Source: Chitinivibrionales bacterium (GTDB lineage Bacteria; Fibrobacterota; Chitinivibrionia; Chitinivibrionales; WJKA01). Taken from it: 64,000 nt of DNA. A program made the translations under genes and the position numbers. Where the stretch lies: assembly GCA_038247415.1 (NCBI GenBank), contig JBBRUX010000017.1, positions 1 to 64,000 on the forward strand, given 5' to 3'. The notes under the pieces were generated by a model. It did not search any database and was not told the origin of the DNA. It saw nothing but the letters and a program-made list of their open reading frames with translations. This document shows, piece by piece, positions 59,787 to 64,000 of this stretch; the stretch's first letter is position 1, and the number at the start of each line of letters is the position of its first letter.

Positions 59787-60044
59787 ATGCCGGCCGAACG
59801 CCGCAACGCAGAAAAACGACCGTCAATTCTTATAGAATTATGGAATTCTTTTTGGGAACATCCCCATGAAACCTGCCCCCGGTGCGGTGGTAAACATGTT
59901 GAATTTTATGATCCTTTCTTCTTTTCGCCCGCGCGGACGCTCAAAGGACGACGTCGAATAAAATGTTGTGCGTGCAAATTTATATGGCGGCCCTCCAGCC
60001 GTGGCAAATCTTTTATTGAGTCGCTCAATCCCTTTAAAAATTGA
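59787..60044 (+). CDS. Small Zn-ribbon protein
   Basis: GAGG RBS; CPRC...C..C. Confidence 0.6.
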   Translation: MPAERRNAEKRPSILIELWNSFWEHPHETCPRCGGKHVEFYDPFFFSPARTLKGRRRIKCCACKFIWRPSSRGKSFIESLNPFKN

Positions 60045-60321
60045 GCTTCCTAAGATTGCCATCGCCTTCCTTGAATCGGATTCCTCGTTAGCTTTGGATG
60101 ATATAATAAATATTTCGATGTGTGATGGTTATCACATTTTTGTGCTGCGCCTTGTTATATTTTGATAGAGAGAAATACCTGCTCGTGTTGTGTTGGTCAA
60201 TGGCCGTCGCGGCGAGAGCGTAAACCTTTTTGTGGTATGGTGCACCGTGTTTGGAAATGTGATCGATTCCGAAAAATTTCTTACCTTCCCCTGCTGCGAA
60301 TTATGCGTACATGCGCCGTGC

Positions 60322-62427
60322 ATGAAATTAAGATTCGGTCCGATTCGCCCGCTCAAATTCTTATTAGTTCATCGCAGTCAGTTTTCTGCAGCTCGCATCG
60401 GGTGTCCTTTCTACGAATACGACAAAAACTCAATTGCACAACTTATTTCCACTATACCAACCATGCGGTTACGTCAAGTTTTCAGGAATGCTCTTGCGCT
60501 TCTTTCTGCTGCCGAGAAAAATAGGTTTGATAATGGGCAAAATCTGGTTAGTGAAGACGATCGCAATGGCGCAATAAGGTTTATTCAGGCACTTACAACA
60601 TCGGGAATTCTTGCAGTAATTCGCATCCCGCAATGGTATGAATCGGATCCTGCGATGCGTAAATGGCTCTCCATCTACCAGCGGATCGATCAAAAGAAAG
60701 AGCAACCATTGCGCGCTTTGGAATCAGCAGTTGAGGGTGTTGTAGAAAGTGCTGCGGCTGCAGCGCAAACATCGCTGCGGCCCTATATTGTTGCAAGCGC
60801 ATGGGTTCACGCTATCGCCGATGTTCTCCCGTTACGGCCCGACTTTGCAACCCTTGGAGACTCGGTAACACTTTCTGTTTCTACAAAAAATATCGATGAT
60901 GGTACCTATGTGCATTTCGATGTGTATGAGGGAGATCCTAAAAACGCTCAAATTGTAAAGACGATTGATGCTCTTGTACAGAGCAATAGTGCACAATGTA
61001 TCTACGATTTGGCACAGGATAATCCACCCTCAACCGTTTTGAAAATTCGTATCGATGATTCTGCCAACACTCATGACACGTGCGTTATAAGCGATGATGC
61101 TGGAAATATTCTCTCCGAGGCATCTTGTGGCAGTGCCCAAACAGATGAAAATGGGCGAGTGCTTACCGTAGAAAATGTTCCGCTGGGTAAACCTGTAATT
61201 GTTTCGATGCGCTGCGAATCGGATACTACACCCATAATTTCTAAGTGCGTGGTGGGAAAAATGGTTCCTCCGATCCTGCCTCTTGTCACCTTTGTTGTTC
61301 GTTGCGAAGAACTAACAAGCGGACGTCGATCGGTTCCGCTAAAAACTCCGCACGAGGCAGCCCGCATTGCTGCCGAAAAACAGGTTGCAGCCAACGCATC
61401 GGAGTCATCTGGCGCACCGGGCGATCTTGGGGGAACTTCATCTGCAGCCAGTTCAGCGCATGCCAAATCGATTGCTTCCTGCGCATGGACTTTTGCAGAT
61501 GGTGAGAATAGAGCACTGGCTGCAGGCGATGGGCTGATGCTTTCTTGTAAAGCCAATAACTTTTCAGATGGAGACGCTGTCCTGTTTGATATTGTCGATG
61601 CGAAAAATCCGAGTGCACCTATCGCTTCTTTGTCGGGGACAGTGGCGGCTGGGTATGCAAAGGTTCCTTGGGTTTTTGGCAATTCATCGCAGCAGCAGAA
61701 TGTCCGGCTTGTTTTTTCGGATCCAATTGTGGGCGATCAACAATCTCAAGACTCCTTTACTATTCTATGTGCAGATGGAACAACATCCGTTGCACTGTCG
61801 TTAGGGGATGCCAAACCTTCTGAATCTGGCATGAGCCTGGATATTGCATGTGGCACAGCACTTCCTTCACAATTACAGGTGTCTATTGGAACGCTGGGAA
61901 ACCTTGTGATAGGGTCGCTTGATACTGCTTCTACAGGCGAATCGTTACGATTTACAATATGTGCGTCTGCCGAGGCGTGTACCATGGTGCAATGCCAGGT
62001 GGTTGCAGGAAGCGCAGGAACTGTTTACAAAGAACCGTCTGCAGCTTCAACAACAACATCATCTTCACAGAATTCTGATTCTAGTTCTTCGAGCACTGCT
62101 TCAGAAGCTAATCCGCCACCAAAGGAAGCTGTGGCTGCAGCAGAAGTAGCTTCTTTACTTGCGGTTGGTGGCATAGTTGCAAGTGCTGCGCTTATTGAGG
62201 CTCTTAAAAAGAATACGGGCAGGGGAGTTCTTGTTACATCGCTTGCTGGAGGGGATGGCGCGGGAGACCATTTGTCTGTTAAAGCGTTAGGGTATACTAA
62301 AAAAATAACGCTCTCTGATGCAAAGCCTCTTGTGTATACAGATATTCCGAAATCCGGTTTAATAACTCTCGAAGTTTTGGATCGGGATGGTTTTACTTAT
62401 TCGATACCATTAAAGGCCAAAGCCTGA
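60322..62427 (+). CDS. Hypothetical protein with two repeated Ig-like modules and Ser/Ala linkers
   Basis: Internal repeat GD.V.LS...N..DG..V.FD. The start is uncertain (ORF is open from 60190). Confidence 0.6.
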   Translation: MKLRFGPIRPLKFLLVHRSQFSAARIGCPFYEYDKNSIAQLISTIPTMRLRQVFRNALALLSAAEKNRFDNGQNLVSEDDRNGAIRFIQALTTSGILAVIRIPQWYESDPAMRKWLSIYQRIDQKKEQPLRALESAVEGVVESAAAAAQTSLRPYIVASAWVHAIADVLPLRPDFATLGDSVTLSVSTKNIDDGTYVHFDVYEGDPKNAQIVKTIDALVQSNSAQCIYDLAQDNPPSTVLKIRIDDSANTHDTCVISDDAGNILSEASCGSAQTDENGRVLTVENVPLGKPVIVSMRCESDTTPIISKCVVGKMVPPILPLVTFVVRCEELTSGRRSVPLKTPHEAARIAAEKQVAANASESSGAPGDLGGTSSAASSAHAKSIASCAWTFADGENRALAAGDGLMLSCKANNFSDGDAVLFDIVDAKNPSAPIASLSGTVAAGYAKVPWVFGNSSQQQNVRLVFSDPIVGDQQSQDSFTILCADGTTSVALSLGDAKPSESGMSLDIACGTALPSQLQVSIGTLGNLVIGSLDTASTGESLRFTICASAEACTMVQCQVVAGSAGTVYKEPSAASTTTSSSQNSDSSSSSTASEANPPPKEAVAAAEVASLLAVGGIVASAALIEALKKNTGRGVLVTSLAGGDGAGDHLSVKALGYTKKITLSDAKPLVYTDIPKSGLITLEVLDRDGFTYSIPLKAKA

Positions 62428-62449
62428 TAGAATACCGAAAGGAAATTTC

Positions 62450-64000
62450 ATGGCAGAGTACACTGCGGTAAAAGGCGATACAATGAAGTCGATTGCGCAA
62501 CTCTTCTTTCTTTCCCAGAGCGTAGCCGAACAGTTGTGTAGTATCAATAATCTAACGGGAATTGATGCTCAAATATCTGAGGGAACCACAATCACGATTC
62601 CTCCCCGGCTCTATTCGGTTCTTTCGCAGCAACCGCAAGGCGATATTATGCTGATTTCACTTTCGACCCTTGTAAAGCAAGATGTGAGCTTTCCACCGGT
62701 TACCGATTCGCCTATGGTTTTCTATTCCCCTCGACAAGGGAAATATTTGGCCATTGGGCTTGATCATGCAACAAGTGAAATAACAACGCTTGTGCGCGAA
62801 GCTCAGCAAATTGTCAATATGGCAAAACGCATTGCAACAGCCTGGGCAAGGACAGATATCTTTGCACTTATCGACGATGCGAAAAAGGCCGGAGAAGAAT
62901 TAGTATCAATGCTTCCTGCCATTGCAAAAGACCCCAAATCTGCCTTGGAAGAACTTGTTGTGGTTAAAACGAATACGGGATGGGAAGAGCTTCCCCAACG
63001 TTTTTTTGTACGACCCGATAAACTCAGCGCGATTATTCCATCTCCCGCAGCCTGGAAAAGCACCGGCGATGCTCTCCTGCAAAAGATTTTATCAGAAATC
63101 CCAACAGCTCCTCCAGGATGTCAGGCAGCACTTACTGCGCTCTCGGCACTTACAGCAAATGTTGACGCATTGGGAAGTGCACCGCTGGATTGGAAATACG
63201 CTGCCGATACCGCAACTGCTGCTGCGAAAAATGCATTTGCGACAACCCCTGCCGCGGCATTTTTACGTTTTTTAACGTCTGCCGATCCGATGGCTTTACT
63301 TTCTGAACAAGCTAAAAAACTTCAATTTTCCAAAATTGGCAATTTAGACTTGTCACTTGCAAGCGGGTCGATTTCTGGAAAATGGGCGATTCCTAGTGAA
63401 AATGGTCTTAATATTTTTGAGGTTTTTGGGGCACCAGCAGATATGGTGTGTCGTATTCGCCTGGGACTTGAGCTTGCCGCCCATATTTATGCAGATGTCA
63501 AGATTGCTTCAATTGCTTCCTTGCCCAATCTCTCGCTTGTTTCTGGTTCTGCACCTACTGCATCGGGAACTGCAACGGCCAGCGCAACGGCCAACCTTGA
63601 TGCAGCAGTCGATATCACGGGAACAATCGATTGGAGTCCAGAATCCAGTGGCACGTTTCGCAATCTTGCCCTGGTTGATTTTGATGCATCGGTAGTTGCA
63701 AATGCCGATGCTAAAGTGGCCATATCTTTTAAGGATGCTAATGTTCGATGCAGTTTGCCAGCTGCAAAGATTAAAGGATTAGCCGGAAAAGGGTCTTTAG
63801 TTGTAGATGTCAAAACCGATGAAGCAATTCTCTTATTTGAGCATCTCTTTAATACGGTTATTAATCATTATAAAAAAATGGCAACCGATAAAGCGTCGGG
63901 CGTACTCAAGTTACTGGGGACTAATGCAGATTCTGCATTGTTAAATGCCCAGCATAGTGCAGAAGAAATTGCCAATGCTGCTGCTCAATTTATCAAATAT
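62450..64000 (+). CDS. Large LysM-domain protein, 3'-truncated by the window
   Basis: AAGGA RBS and ATG 62450. MAEYTAVKGDTMKSIAQLF..LCSINNL..EGTTITIP is a LysM domain. The frame is open to the window end, so it is absent from the ORF track. Confidence 0.8.
   Translation, partial: MAEYTAVKGDTMKSIAQLFFLSQSVAEQLCSINNLTGIDAQISEGTTITIPPRLYSVLSQQPQGDIMLISLSTLVKQDVSFPPVTDSPMVFYSPRQGKYLAIGLDHATSEITTLVREAQQIVNMAKRIATAWARTDIFALIDDAKKAGEELVSMLPAIAKDPKSALEELVVVKTNTGWEELPQRFFVRPDKLSAIIPSPAAWKSTGDALLQKILSEIPTAPPGCQAALTALSALTANVDALGSAPLDWKYAADTATAAAKNAFATTPAAAFLRFLTSADPMALLSEQAKKLQFSKIGNLDLSLASGSISGKWAIPSENGLNIFEVFGAPADMVCRIRLGLELAAHIYADVKIASIASLPNLSLVSGSAPTASGTATASATANLDAAVDITGTIDWSPESSGTFRNLALVDFDASVVANADAKVAISFKDANVRCSLPAAKIKGLAGKGSLVVDVKTDEAILLFEHLFNTVINHYKKMATDKASGVLKLLGTNADSALLNAQHSAEEIANAAAQFIKY

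Overview
This 64 kb window is bacterial chromosome from a Gram-negative, flagellated organism. The FlgD-Ig/CTD-tailed secreted proteins and bat operon suggest the FCB group, possibly Fibrobacterota, but this is inference only. Housekeeping and envelope genes include tRNA-Asn, tRNA-Leu, apt, asnS, topA, trmFO, rpmB, lptD, an lpxL-like gene, a stand-alone PurH N-half, batA-E, and flgM and a flagellin each with a sigma28 promoter. The accessory blocks are as follows. (1) A translationally coupled 4-gene operon (27236-22745, minus strand) encodes a CrtI-like FAD oxidoreductase, a flavodoxin-ferredoxin, a clear CqsA/LqsA-type autoinducer synthase, and a response regulator whose N-terminus is an acyl-carrier-protein-like domain lacking the phosphopantetheine serine. 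This is the best candidate for an undescribed system. (2) A nearby ACP + GcvT-like + FabG + FabD operon has no ketosynthase. (3) A Tlde1-like/GH19 toxin with an XAC2610-like immunity gene and a TssE-like gene lies at the left edge, and LysM/Ig-repeat effector-like genes lie at the right edge. (4) The flgM leader is built of GGA-loop hairpins (CsrA-like sites) and is followed by a symmetric cluster of highly structured intergenic repeats. (5) One chemoreceptor gene is internally deleted. No CRISPR array, rRNA, transposase or integrase was seen. All family assignments come from motif recognition by eye, not database searches.
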